Below, piece by piece: positions 24,240 to 36,689 of a DNA stretch of 64,000 nucleotides. Where the stretch lies: assembly GCA_002104905.1 (NCBI GenBank), contig MCFE01000366.1:1-64000 (forward strand). Direction: 5' to 3'. A program made the position numbers and the translations under genes. Each line of letters opens with the position of its first letter. Positions within the stretch are counted from its first letter, which is position 1. The notes under the pieces were generated by a model. The model was not told the origin of the DNA and made no database searches. It saw only the letters and a program-made list of their open reading frames with translations. The stretch is from Basidiobolus meristosporus CBS 931.73. Lineage: Eukaryota > Fungi > Basidiobolomycota.

Positions 24240-26385
24240 TTGCACAGCACCTAAATGTAATCAATACTTCTCAGTAGCCAGATTTTAATTATGTGATGGC
24301 CTTTTGATAGGACCATCACAGCTTATAATGCAAGGATTTATTACTAGCTACTTGGTAGTTGTTTGTTCCCTACCTTGTAGATAGCAAGTTGCAAAGAGAG
24401 ATAAGCTGATGATCTATCATGGAGTCTTCTTCTCCAGACTCTATTTGACTATTGCGGAAGAAGACTGGCTATGAAGACCCTACAAAAGCCATTATGATGA
24501 TTCCATCAAAAGACCATAATAGACTTTAAATCCTATTGATGTTTTAATAACACCATGCAAAGACCACTAATAATGTACTGTTGTGGCTAGAGAAGTGGTG
24601 CGTTTCCACTAAAACCAGTAATGGGGGCTCTGAAGATTTACTGCCACTTCTTGTCATAATCATCCTGGGATGCAACTTACCATTGTGGTTGCATATAACT
24701 CCAAGGAAGAGATATGTCCAACACTTCTCAAGTGTCATGCATTTGAGGTATTCACTGGGTAAAATAACCTCTGGCAGAAGCTTGTTAGGAATACTTGGGT
24801 TCTGTCTCTAATCTAATATGATGGGGAATAAAGCCACAAGCTTTTCAAGGGAAAACTATTTAGCTACAATCCCCAACTTAATTGGCATCTTAACAAAAGC
24901 ATGTGCTGGATTCAGCATTGTTTGAGATGACAATGTACTAAAGCTTCTAAAGTTAAAACAACTGTAAACTTAACCAGCGGGACTTAATAAGAATGCAGCT
25001 GTGGTCAATAGTTACAAAGACAGAAAAGTGTCTTTGCTTGTACAAAAATATACTTGGTAAACATTCAACTTTAATAAAAGATACCCACTCTGAGTATTCT
25101 TCACAAATATTGCCTCCAAGGTCAGTTGGCTGTCAGCATGGTTTCCTGGGATTGGATGTTCAAGAAGCAGCAGGTAGCGGCAATCACATTAATTAACAAG
25201 TTGGTGTATTGATAAAAGGGATGATGATTTAATGTTGAGGGATTGCCCCCTTATATACTTTTCTCACTGGCAATGCAACTACTAATCATGGTGTTCCAGA
25301 AGGTTGCAGTAGTCAGGTAGATATCTTAATAACATCAGAATGCACTAAGAATAATTCATGTAGCTGCCAGAAGGTTCTAAGAGGCAGAGCACACTCAACC
25401 AATCAGGGATTAGTATTCTGAGACCTATATAACATAGGGATACCATATATGCTGTGAAAATGGTAGGGATGTTGTAGTGGTCTGGTCATGTATTATGGGT
25501 ACTGGCACAGGTACCTGCCTAGTACAAAAGCACTTCTATCAAGTAAGCTTACATAAAGTGAGTGTTAGCTTATGCAATAAGGTGAGCAGGTTTGTTAGTC
25601 AGCCAGCTTGTGGGATAGTACTGATCAAGTGAGACAAATGGGATAAAACCAGTATAAGTGTAGTAAAAAAATAGGGAAGTAGAAAATATGGGAATGAGCA
25701 CATCTGTCAGTGGGTGTTATTGTGACCCCACTACACCATGTAAGCAGTATAAATGGACAACCATCATTCAGCTGGGAACATACAACCCAAAGACTGTCCT
25801 GGTACCAGCATGTGTTCACAGTTGTATGGCATTCACTTCAGAAGAAGCCATTAGTGCATAGTGTCCAGCTTGTCAGAAATCCATCACTATTGTGGGAGAA
25901 CATTGCCCACACTCCAGACATATTTGGGTTATGCCCTATCTAAAGAAGCTCATGTAGTCCAGCAAATGTTGCAAGGCAATAAAGTACTGCACTCAGTGTC
26001 AATCAAGCGTCAACATAATTAACATATTCAGTAACAAACATTACAAACAGCTAAGAAGCAAGGTCTACCTTGAAGGAATGTATGGCTATGCCTTTACCTT
26101 GGCACTTGATGGACTCTCAAAAAACACGTATGCTACCAGCAAATCCTGCCAGTCACCGATCCTCATTAACCTGAGTCTGCCATCTATCTTACTGTATCAG
26201 TTCAGAAATCTCATGGTAGTCTTACAGATATTAATGATTGAACTACTGACTATCTAGGGTAGCTACCTATACTTTTTGCTGGATGAATCTTGTATGCTTT
26301 TCAGGATACTGGTAAATGGGCATAATATCAGAGTACTTATTATCATCTGCATTGGAGATACCCCAGTTGATAGCAAGATAGCCAG
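24240..26385 (+). mobile_element. Decayed CACTA-like copy C (5' part of the transposase), split by a solo LTR
   Basis: WLEKWCVSTKTSNGGSEDLLPLLVIIILGCNLP matches the homolog at 50189-50572; KSCQSPILINLSL and GDTPVDSKIA follow. Confidence 0.75.
24684..25735 (-). mobile_element. Solo LTR (1052 bp) of the Lys-PBS Gypsy family, 4-bp TSD
   Basis: TGTGG...CCACTACA flanked by CCAT/CCAT; homologous to 15673-16690. Confidence 0.93.
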
Positions 26386-29300
26386 CCCCTATGAAGATAA
26401 TTTGGTCCTGTGGGTGGATCCAATCCAGATTAGCCATCAGGAATCCAGTTTAGAGACTGTAATAATACCAGCAGCTTGGAATTAGTGACCCTCCTAATGG
26501 TCTTATGATGGGATCATGGCTGTGTTATGCTAATTCTACAACCACATAAAGGGATAAAACTTGACAAGATTTAATCAGTGCTGTGACAATGTTTTCATGT
26601 TATTGCTGCAGCCTTTTAGCATGGTATATCTATTATAAGTGGATCCAATTGGTCAGGACACCCAATTACCTTATATGTCAACAAACATGACAGTATTCTG
26701 ACAGCCTCTTGGCAAGACTCTGATGGCATTATATTGGCAGAATAACAGCCTACAGCTGGTTCTGTATAATGCTACTGCACCAGTTTACCAAATGGTGATT
26801 CCTTTTTCTATCTCCCGTTGTGCAATATGCATATTCCACTGTAAAACCATCCCCCTTTAGTTGCTTACCCAGTACTACCTTAGGTATTACACATATAGTC
26901 TGAAACAAAAAAATTATGGCCTCCTGCTAACTAACTTCAACAAACTCAAGCACCTACCACTAATTGATATACTTCTATTACCTCAACTTTACGGCTTTTT
27001 AATGCAATACTTGCAAAATTGCCATATACTTTGTACTGCTGGTAACATATACATCTTGCTAACAAATACTTAGTTGAAGCCACTTCTGCCATGAATACCT
27101 CCTGAATATCTGCAGAGAACCTCTTGGTATTTAGCCAATATATTCCTTCTCCCTGCTGGATTCCAGTTGCCCTTATAGGTGCACTGTGGCATTTGTTTGT
27201 ATGAATTTCTTATTGAAAGGTGTAGAAGTAGGCTTGTGACCATGAGTAATCTGGCATATGTTTGTAGAGTTTCCCTCATAAAAATTAGTTGCTTATTTCA
27301 CCCAACCCAACTTTGCATTACTTAACTGATTACCCACACATTGGGGCTGCTTAGCTTCTTAATGCTATAGGCATAGTTTTCTCCATGGGCACAATTGTTC
27401 TCAATATTTTCCAACTCTTCCTGGTTGTTGTCCATGTGCCAACTCTTCACATTCATGACAGACTTGAAGGTAATATTTTTGATGAGATTGGTATATAGTG
27501 ATGTCTGCCACTTGACTCATCTTCCTCTCTCCCCACACATCCGCTCCATAGGATATTCTCAGAAGGCAAAGCAAGGCCCAATATTCTTCACACACCATGC
27601 AAGATGGAGTAGAGAATGGATACAGTAGCAGCAGAGTTCTACACATTCAGCTTTATGTCTGTAGTATAGCTGCTCAAATCCTGTCACAAACTCCTCACAC
27701 AACAGTTGTAGATGCATCAAGTTGGCATTGGTGATCTGCTTCTGGATAAATACTCCTACAATGCCTACATATGACTCCCTAAGCTTCCAATATACTTTTG
27801 GTAGGAATGGCTTTGGAACGCCACTTGAATGAATACATATTAAGTTCATCTAGTCTTTGCATTTGTATTGTGGTAAATGCATATGAATATTAATGGGAGC
27901 CCACAAGAAGTACTTAGGGTGGCAAATACTCTGTGATATCTTGCCAATTTTCTCAAACTTCTCTGGTATCTCAAAGGGCTCATTTAGATTGAAATGCCCC
28001 ATTTACAACTTAGTCATTAGTATAAGTATATTGTTGTAAAGCAAATGCATTGCTCCCAGTGCAAAGCTTTTGCTCCAGCAGATACTCTTAATCTTAAGTA
28101 TATCTGGTTTCTAATTGACTCCATATTCTTGCCAATTGCTTATAGCTGTCAAACTCTACTGCAATTGTATGCCAAGTTCTGTATGTTGTCTCTGTGGGAA
28201 GATGATGTATTCAGTGCTGGTGCTTGGGTTATAATAATGTGTGTGAGTTATGGAGTAAGTTCCTTGGATCTCACATATTTGACAGCAATACTTTAAGTTG
28301 TGGTTGGAGAAACCTGCTATCTTGCTGATGGCTGAGGTATCTCCTATACAGATAGTAATATGTGCTTTTAAATCACAGCCATTTACTGTTATCCTGCTGG
28401 AAAGCATACAAAATGCATCCACCAATTGATACAGGTAGCTATCCAGGTTGGACAGTGATTTAGACCCAGATACCAGTGAGAATACCATCAGATTATTGCT
28501 CTGATACTGTAATATGGGCAGTAGATTGAGATTGATGAGAATCAGTGGCCAGCAGGATTTGCTGGTAGAGTACTTCTTAATGGAAATCCATCAACTGCAA
28601 AAGCAAAGGCATGGTTGTACATACCTTCAGAGTAGCCCTTGCTTCTATGCTGTTTGCAATGTTTGCCATCAAGTATATGGGATATGTTTGCGCTTGATTG
28701 ATACTGAGTGCAGTACTATAAAGCTTTGCAATATTTGTTGGACTGCATCAGCTTCCGCAGATGGGGTATGACCAGAATATATCTGGAGTGTGAACAATGC
28801 TTTCCCTTGATGGTTGTGGATGCCTGACAATTTGGACACATTGCAATGGTAGCACTTTTGGATGTAAATGTGATGCAACTGTTAACACATGCAGGAATCA
28901 AGACAGTATCTGGATCATATGTTGCCAGCTGCATGAAGGCTGTCCACTTGTAATGTGTACATGGTAAGTTGCATCCTGGAATGATTTTGGCAAGAAGTAG
29001 TAATAAATCCTCAAAGCCCCCATACTGATATTAGTGGAAGCATGCTACTTCTCTAGCCACAACACTACATCATTCACTAGTAGATGGACTACTGAGCTCA
29101 CTTGGCTCCACAAAGTATCCTTGGCATTTGTTTCAACAGGTGTAGTCTTGTTACAGATAAAAATTTGACTGGGCAAATACCTGGTACTGTTGTTAGGCAA
29201 GATAGGCTCCAAATCCATCAGTGAACCTTCTTTGTCAGAGCTATGGCTCTGAGTGCCATATTCAGAACACTGAGATGAGTCTAAAGGCATCACAAACTTA

Positions 29301-29950
29301 CCTGACTTTGTTTGCCAGAGTGACAAAGATAGCCAGATGCCAATATAGATGTATCAACTGGCTGGCAAGATAATGCTGGTACAGTAGTGACCAATGAATG
29401 GTCAAATATGACTTGGGTGGCAAAACACTGGCCATTATCCTTGTAAGCTTCCTAAGCAGTCTGTGTGCTTCATGGCTGAGAGGCTTCCCACAATAGTTGC
29501 ATGGTCTTTTTTCTCTACTCTTACAGCATTGAGTCAAAGTAGTCTTGTCCATGGGGCAAACAGTTTGACCTTCAACAAGGTAATGCTATTATATCAATCT
29601 TTGGTCATGCTCAGGTGAACTTAAGACAGTCCTGTATTTGGGATATTTCACCTACACAAATGTGAAATTCAATGATAACCCACCATGGTAAGCATTATAA
29701 ATCAAGTTGTGGCACCACATACACACATTTATGTAACACTGTATTCCCTTTTGCTTGACTCACTACCATATATGTGCTACCAAAGAATAAAGCAAAGTTG
29801 TCTGGTTCTCAACCAAACACCACCCCTGACAACAACCAAAGCAGGGTTGGACAGCAGCTTGCTTTGACATTTGGTGAAATTAGCACAGCTTCATCCAAAA
29901 AGGCCCTGTGGACAGTGTGTTTATTGAATTTAATAATAATAACTTTTCAA
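26386..29950 (-). mobile_element. Decayed CACTA-like copy D (near full-length transposase region)
   Basis: RPCNYCGKPLSH, PACVNSCITFTSKSATIAMCPNCQ, SGSKSLSNLDSYLYQLV, GDTSAISKIAGF, CCYCIHSLLHLAWCVKNIGPC. Confidence 0.85.
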
Positions 29951-29964
29951 AGGGGGCTTTTCTG

Positions 29965-30969
29965 AGCATAATGGACAGTACTGCTGACAAATGAATAAGA
30001 TCCAGGGGACCTACTCTTTGACTTACCCACATTCCTATTATCCAAACTCCAGCACAAAGAGTATAATTTTCTTACTAAGAGAACACACTGGGATCAGCAT
30101 TTCAAGCTGATTGGGCCTTTCAAGACATAGAAGATAAATGAAAGAATTGGCATGTTATCACATAGTATCTGCTACCAAAAATACTTCCCACCGGATCTAA
30201 TCAGTATTTGTACACATAGGCAACTATACAAATGCAAGGGCTGGTTGAGCTAGATATGTACCAATTTAAGTGGCATTCTGAAGCCATCTTTACCAAAAGT
30301 ACATTAAAATCATGGGAAGCTATATGTTGACATTGCAGAATTATTTATTCCAAGGCAGATCTCCAGTGCCAACTTGACACATCTTCAGCTTTTTGAACAG
30401 AGTTTATGATGCAATCTGAGTGGCAATCCTATAAGCAGAAGGCTGAATGCATCAATCTCTGCTGCTACAGTATCCATTCTCTACACCGTAATGCTTGGTT
30501 TGTGTACATTTTGGGGCTTGCTTCACCTTTTTTAGTTTATATGGGATGAATGTGTGGAACAACAGGAAGACATTTCAAGTTGCAGGTACTACCACAGCCC
30601 AATTCCATCAAGAATAAAACCTTCATGTCCATCATAGATATGATGAGTTGCACATGGGAGACAGTCAAGAGGAGTTGGACAATATTGAAGACAAATGTGC
30701 TGATGCAGACACCCATGCCTTAGATATTAAGAAGCTAAGCAGCTCTAATGCATGGGTATTCAGCTTAGCTATGCATGGTCAAGTTAGACAAAACAAACAT
30801 ACGTTTTTATCTGGACAACTTTTCCAACAAGTGCCGGGTCACTCTTTGTCACAAGTCAATTTATGTACCATTCAGTACTGAATCAATACAAACAAGTGCC
30901 ACAGTGCACCTATTAGGGGGACTAGAATCCAGCAGGGAGAAGAAATATACTGGTAGGAGCTGCCACTTG
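29965..30969 (+). mobile_element. Decayed CACTA-like copy E (internal fragment)
   Basis: Similar to 520-2200 and 11440-12150 on the same strand. Confidence 0.7.
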
Positions 30970-32521
30970 TGTTAGAAGTCTTGGTATAAGAGTTGTAGAG
31001 GAATAGTGAGATTTGCTAGTATTGTATTCACTAAAACCTGAACTGATCTTTATTGAGATTCCAGCAGCTCCCTACATACATTTGGCCAGATCAACTGCTG
31101 ACTAATTGTATACACAGTTCCCAACTGTCAATTCTTCTGGTGATATAGTCTTATCAAATCTCTGCTTCATCTTTTCTGCACTTTGAGATACTTTGGTCTG
31201 TGCCTCTTGAGATCTTTGTTCCAGTTGCTGGTGTCTACTTGGCAGACTGAGTTCATCTTCTAAGGTGTCTGTAAGCTTTGGTTGTGTGAGATCTCCTGGA
31301 ATCCTTGGTTCACATCCATAAACTAAGTAAAATGGTGATTGCTGGGTGGTGTTGTGTACTCTGACTCTGCATACAAAGAGTGATTGGTCTATATACTCAT
31401 CCCATCTACTGACAACTCCATTTGCATACTTGGTCAGCATTTTTCCAACAAATCCATTAAATTGCTCAGTGACTCCATTAGTTCTGGGGTGATATGCCAA
31501 GGTTTTCAAGTGTCTTCCCAGATATTCCCTTGTTTGTCCACTAGTTAGTAAGTTGCAAATGGACATTCTCTGATGATCTTGAATGGTCCTGTCCATTGTG
31601 GTTCAAACTTCTTCCAAGTGTTGTTTCTTAGCAATACAAAGTTCCCAACTGTCAATGCTTCTGGTGCTATAGTCTTATCAAATCTCTACTTCATCTTTTC
31701 TGCATTTTGAGATACTTTGGCCTGTGCCTCTTGATGTCTATGTTCCAGTTGCTGGTGTCTACCTGGCTGACTGAGTTCATCTTCTAAGGTGTCTGTGAGC
31801 TTTGGTTGTGTGAGATCTCCTGTAATCTGTGGTTCACATTCATACACTAAGTAAAAAGGCAATTATTGGGTAGTGTTGTGTACTTTGACTTGGCATGCAA
31901 AGAGTGCTTGGTCTATATACTCATCTCATCTACTGACAACTACACTTGCATACTTGGCCAGCATTTTTCCATATAATCCATTAAACCATTCAGTGACTCC
32001 ATTAGTTCTAGGGTGATATGCTGAGGTTTTCAAGTGTTGGATCTGCTGCATTTCCAGGTAAGCTTCCAATGTCTTTGCCATAAAGTTTGCACCTGTGTTG
32101 GATAGAATCTCTACTGGGCATCCAAACCTCATTAGGATATCATGGTAGATGAAGCTTGCAACTTCTTGTTCACTGGCTATAGGTACAGCTTTGGCCATTG
32201 GCCATTTAGTGGCATGGTCAAGTGCTAGTAGGATCCAATGGTTGCATTTCCTGGTAGTTAGTAGTCTTCCAATAAAGTCAATTCCCCATCTTTCAAATGG
32301 CCTTACAGGCTCCAAGGAATAGAGTTCAGCAATTCTTGATAAGGCGTCAGCAACCATATTGTTTTTTCCAGGGCAGTAGACAATCTCCAAGTCAAATTGC
32401 TGAATGTACTCACTCCATCTTGTCATTCTTCTAGAGAGTACCTTCTGAGTAAATATATAATTGAGGGAGGCATGATCAGTCTTTACAGTGCATTTGGCTC
32501 CTTCAATATAGCATCTCCATG

Positions 32522-32680
32522 TGTTATGAATAGACACAAGGCAGGAGGAAAAGCTAGGCATGGCAGGAAAGGACTTAGGTGTGGACCATCAAGGCAAGGC
32601 TGTTTATTCAGGACCTGTGTTTATCAGACTGAGGAATACTTAAGGGGGGATAGGACTATGTATACTTTTTGGCTATACAT
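32522..32680. repeat. Partial LTR of the same family as 33000-33529, sitting at the RT-RNase H deletion junction
   Basis: TGTTATGAATAGACAC...TTTTGGCTATAC matches 33000-33182. Confidence 0.85.
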
Positions 32681-32999
32681 CTAGGTAGATTATAACAAAC
32701 TTGTCTAAGTACTCCTGGAAGACAGTCTGCATCAGGGTCATGCATGTTGCAGGGGCATTGGTGAGGCCAAAACTCATGACTAAGTACTTGTAATGTCCAT
32801 ATCTGGTCCTGAATGCTGTCATAGGGATGTCTTCTGGCTTCACCCTAATCTGGTTGTATGCTGACATGAGGTCAATCTTGCTGAAAATAGTGGCTCCATT
32901 GAGTTGGCCCAAGAGCTCATCAATCCAAGGTATAGGATACTTATTCTTTGCGGTAACTGAGTTGAGGGCTCTGTAGTCAATGCACATTCTAAGTGTTCC

Positions 33000-33529
33000 T
33001 GTTATGAATAGACACAAAGCAGGAGAGTAGGGCTAGGCAAGGCAGGACCAGGAAAAGGACTTAGGTGTGGATCAACAAGGCAAGGCGGATTTCCAAGGCA
33101 AGGCTGTTTATTCAAGACCTGTGTTTATCAGACTGAGGAATACTCAAGGGGGGATAGGACTATATATACTTTTTGGCTATACTGATGCCAGGAGATATTA
33201 GCTAATACTAATGGGGTTGTGGGGTGAGGCACAGCAGCAGTGCTGGGGATAATAATGTAGAAGGCATGGCACTGAGACAGGATGGGGAAATGGATTGGGT
33301 CACCTGATCATGTGACTAAGTCATGTGACCTGGTATTTTTATATATGGTATTGGACTATGAAAAATATGATGGGAAGTTTCCATGGAATGTCCCATTGTG
33401 TAACAATGGTTTGGAATGGTCAGGAACTTTCTGGAAGGTTGTAGAAGGTTCCAGAGAGAATCTCTTAGAAATTGAGCTAGGAAGCTGAAATTTGGCGTGG
33501 GTGCTCATGGTTGTCATGTGATCATGACA
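33000..33529. mobile_element. Solo LTR (530 bp) inside RT, 5-bp TSD
   Basis: TGTTATGA...TCATGACA, TSD GTTCC/GTTCC. Removal restores [13 protein letters not shown]. Confidence 0.93.
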
Positions 33530-36141
33530 GTTCCATCCTTCTTCTTCACAAAAAGTACTGGTGCTCTGCAAGGTGACTTGCTGGGTCTGATATATCCTTG
33601 CTCCAGAAACTGATCTATTTGTCTCTTCATCTCTGCCAACTCCAACAGATGAATCCTGTAAGGTGTCTTACTCACCGGAGGGCTATCTCTTGTTTCCATG
33701 GCATGATCCACATCTCTGACTGGTGGTAGGCTTATAAGCCCTTCTGGAAATATGTCTGAATTCTCCTTCAAAAGAGTGTTGAGCTTCTGGGATACTGGAG
33801 TGGAGGAATCCTCCTATAGTACTGCCATGAGGAACATCTGGGTGCCTTTTTTTAGTGCTCTACAGAACTGTGTTTTGCTAAGTTCACTTGTTTCACACAC
33901 ACTGGAATTGACCAAGTTAAAATCCAGTCTGGCAGTTAATAGCTCATAGGTCTTGTTGTCCTTCTGGATCTGAGTAGCATGAGTTCTCCAGTTGACTGAT
34001 GGATTGTAACAAAATAGCCAGGTTTTCCCAAGTACAAGGTCAAACTTGCAGTTCCAAAAATTTAGGCCTGTAGATCTTCTTCATAGTCATTGATCTTCAT
34101 CCTTACTGGCTGAGTAATACAGTTGCTTATGTTAGAGTTCCCATCAGCTGTTGAGACTGAAGTTGATTTGGTGGGTACCAAGTTGATTCCAGCTTTCCAA
34201 GCAAATTGCTCTGACATGTACTCATGCAATGCTCCTGAGTCAATCATGATGTTGGCATGTACTCCATTGATTACTCCATTCAAGTATAATAGCTTTCCTG
34301 AGTTTGAGGTCATCTGGGATAGATATTCTCCTACCATATAGAAGGTGAGTTCTGAGTCTTCTTCAAGTTCATCCTCCATGTAATATGCCTTATGGCCTCA
34401 ATATGGTTAAAGGTTCTTGATGGCTGGTGTCCATTTCTTCTCTGAGGGCAGTACTTTGCAATATGTCCCTGCTGGTGCCAATTGAAGCCAAGTCCTTTCT
34501 TCTTACATTCTTCTGAGGTAGGATTCTTCTGCATAGCATCTATTTCCATTGGTACTGCTTCTAATTGTCTTCTTTCATAGTGATGATAGCCTCTCTGATT
34601 AGTCACTGTGAGCTTCCCAACTCCAAACATAGCTGAGTCATAGTCAATGGCAATCTTGATGGCTTCTTCAATAGTCTGAGGTCTTTGATAATCACTTCCT
34701 TACAAGTTCTTACTTTCAACCCATCAATAAAGTACTCAACTTGATCCAGAGGGTCCATTCTTTCAATTTCCCAAGTAGACATCTATTCATAAATGTACTC
34801 TTGGACCATTCCTTTCTGGCTGAGTGTCTTCAACTTTCTTGTCAGTTGTGTCTGCTGGTGTGGGGGCTCAAAGGCGTCCTGAATTTCCAACACAAACTCA
34901 TACCAGGTAGAGATTGTAGAGCATCCCATCATGGTGGCTGACCTGATCTTGTTGTGGTACCACAGTAAAGCTGCATCTGCCAAGTAAGAGGCTGCATAAT
35001 GTAACTTGCTTTCTGGAGCAATTCCCTTAGCTTTGAAAGCTTCTTCAATCTGGAAAAGCCAAGTTCCCAGGTTTTCATTGACTCTACCATGGTACTGGTT
35101 GACCTTCATACTAAAGTTGCTCTTGACAAGGTCTTGCTGGCTTTGGGCCATGGTAGTCATTCCTTGTTGCTGCTGGCTAAGGATCTGGAGTAACTGTTGC
35201 TGCTGGGCCAGGATTAGTTGCATAGCATTCTTCCAATCATGATTTTTGGACATCTTGAGGGAGGCTTATTCTTTCTTCAGGAGGGATGTTTCTGGTTATT
35301 GCTGTAACCAATGTAACAAGCCTTGGTATAAAAGTTGTAGAGGAATAGGGTGTTTAGCTAGAATTGTATTCACTAAAACCTGAACTGATCTTTATTGAGA
35401 TTCCAGCAGCTCCTTATATGCATTTGGCCAGATCAATTGCTGACTAATTGTACTTCCTAATGTAGGCTGTGGCTGATGACTCATTTGATTGCATCATTAT
35501 CACCCAATAAGATCCTACCTAATATATCTATTTCTGTCTTATAAGGATCTGCTGATGCATTTGCTGACTAATGCTACTGATTTGATAGATAATACTGATA
35601 TGCTGATGACCTATACATATAACTAATTGATTTAACTAAAAACTGATCTAACTTAAACATTCAAGCCGCCAATTGTGACACTCAAATGTTTAAGTTAGAT
35701 TAGTTTTTAGTCAGATGAGTTAGTTTTATGGTTAGCCTAGTGGTACATTATTGTTATCTTTCAAATCAATAGTATTAGTACCAGATATTAAAGGTGAATT
35801 GGATTATTAATATATACAACAATGCTATTTGCACAACAAATTATTAGCATATTTGACAGAAAATTACAAAACTGTTGAAGAATATATTTATGGCAATGTA
35901 CTTAGTACAGCAGAGTTGTACCATAAGGTCTAAGGTATATACAAAGATGTTTTAGATCAAGACAAAAATTTACATTCAACTTTACCAAATATTACATACT
36001 CTGCACTAAAATATATTTTTAAAAAGAACAACATAAAGTTAAGAGCTTTTCCAGGGATATCATACAAAAAAAATACAACTACTTAGCACGCTCTTGTTGA
36101 TGGCAGATTACAAATTTTAATCCTGGTATACATGAAGATAT

Positions 36142-36490
36142 TGTTGTAAGAGCCTTGGAGATATTGGAAGTGATTTGGGAGGACAAGTAGATTTTGTGTT
36201 TTTCTCTGAATGATTCATTGAATGCCATAGTAGCATTTTTACTTTTACATGATTGCAACATCACAAACACTTAAAACAGGCTAACAAAGTTCTCAAAAAC
36301 ATGTGTTCAAAGCTGGGGGCTGCTTGGACAACTTTGAGAATTTTCACATTCTGGGTACCTGTTATTTTGGTGCAAATATTCCAAGCTAATCATGACAAGG
36401 AATTTGGTCAGTATTCTCTAGGATCTGAAGGTAATGATCTAAGTGACTAAGTTAGATGAATGTTTAGGTGGGTCACAAGTTCTTACAACA
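36142..36490 (-). mobile_element. Solo LTR (349 bp), Copia-type, 5-bp TSD
   Basis: 10-bp inverted termini TGTTGTAAGA/TCTTACAACA, TSD GATAT/GATAT; related to 55115-55430 and more weakly to the LTR start near 41899. Confidence 0.92.
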
Positions 36491-36689
36491 GATATGCCAG
36501 TTGCTTTGATCAATGCCAATTTGATGTATACCTATTTTATGCTAAAATACAAACTCTCATTTGGTACCACACCTGTTTACACAACTGTATAAATTGATGG
36601 TTATTTCATTGGAGTGTATAAAGTTGTAATTGGTAGCCAGAAAATATTAGACACAAGTATAATTCCCTGTTGTTGTAATAAAAAGTAGT

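Larger units (their letters stand above)
30970..35680 (-). mobile_element. Rearranged Ty3/Gypsy element: 5' LTR 35312-35680, gag-PR-RT(part)-RH(part)-IN, truncated 3' LTR 30970-31111
   Basis: Retrotrans_gag-like LGTWLFQIEEAF...AASYLADAALLWY, protease [19 protein letters not shown]...YLD, IN WGIDFIG...YHPRTNG; direct repeats at 30970 and 35312. Confidence 0.9.
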
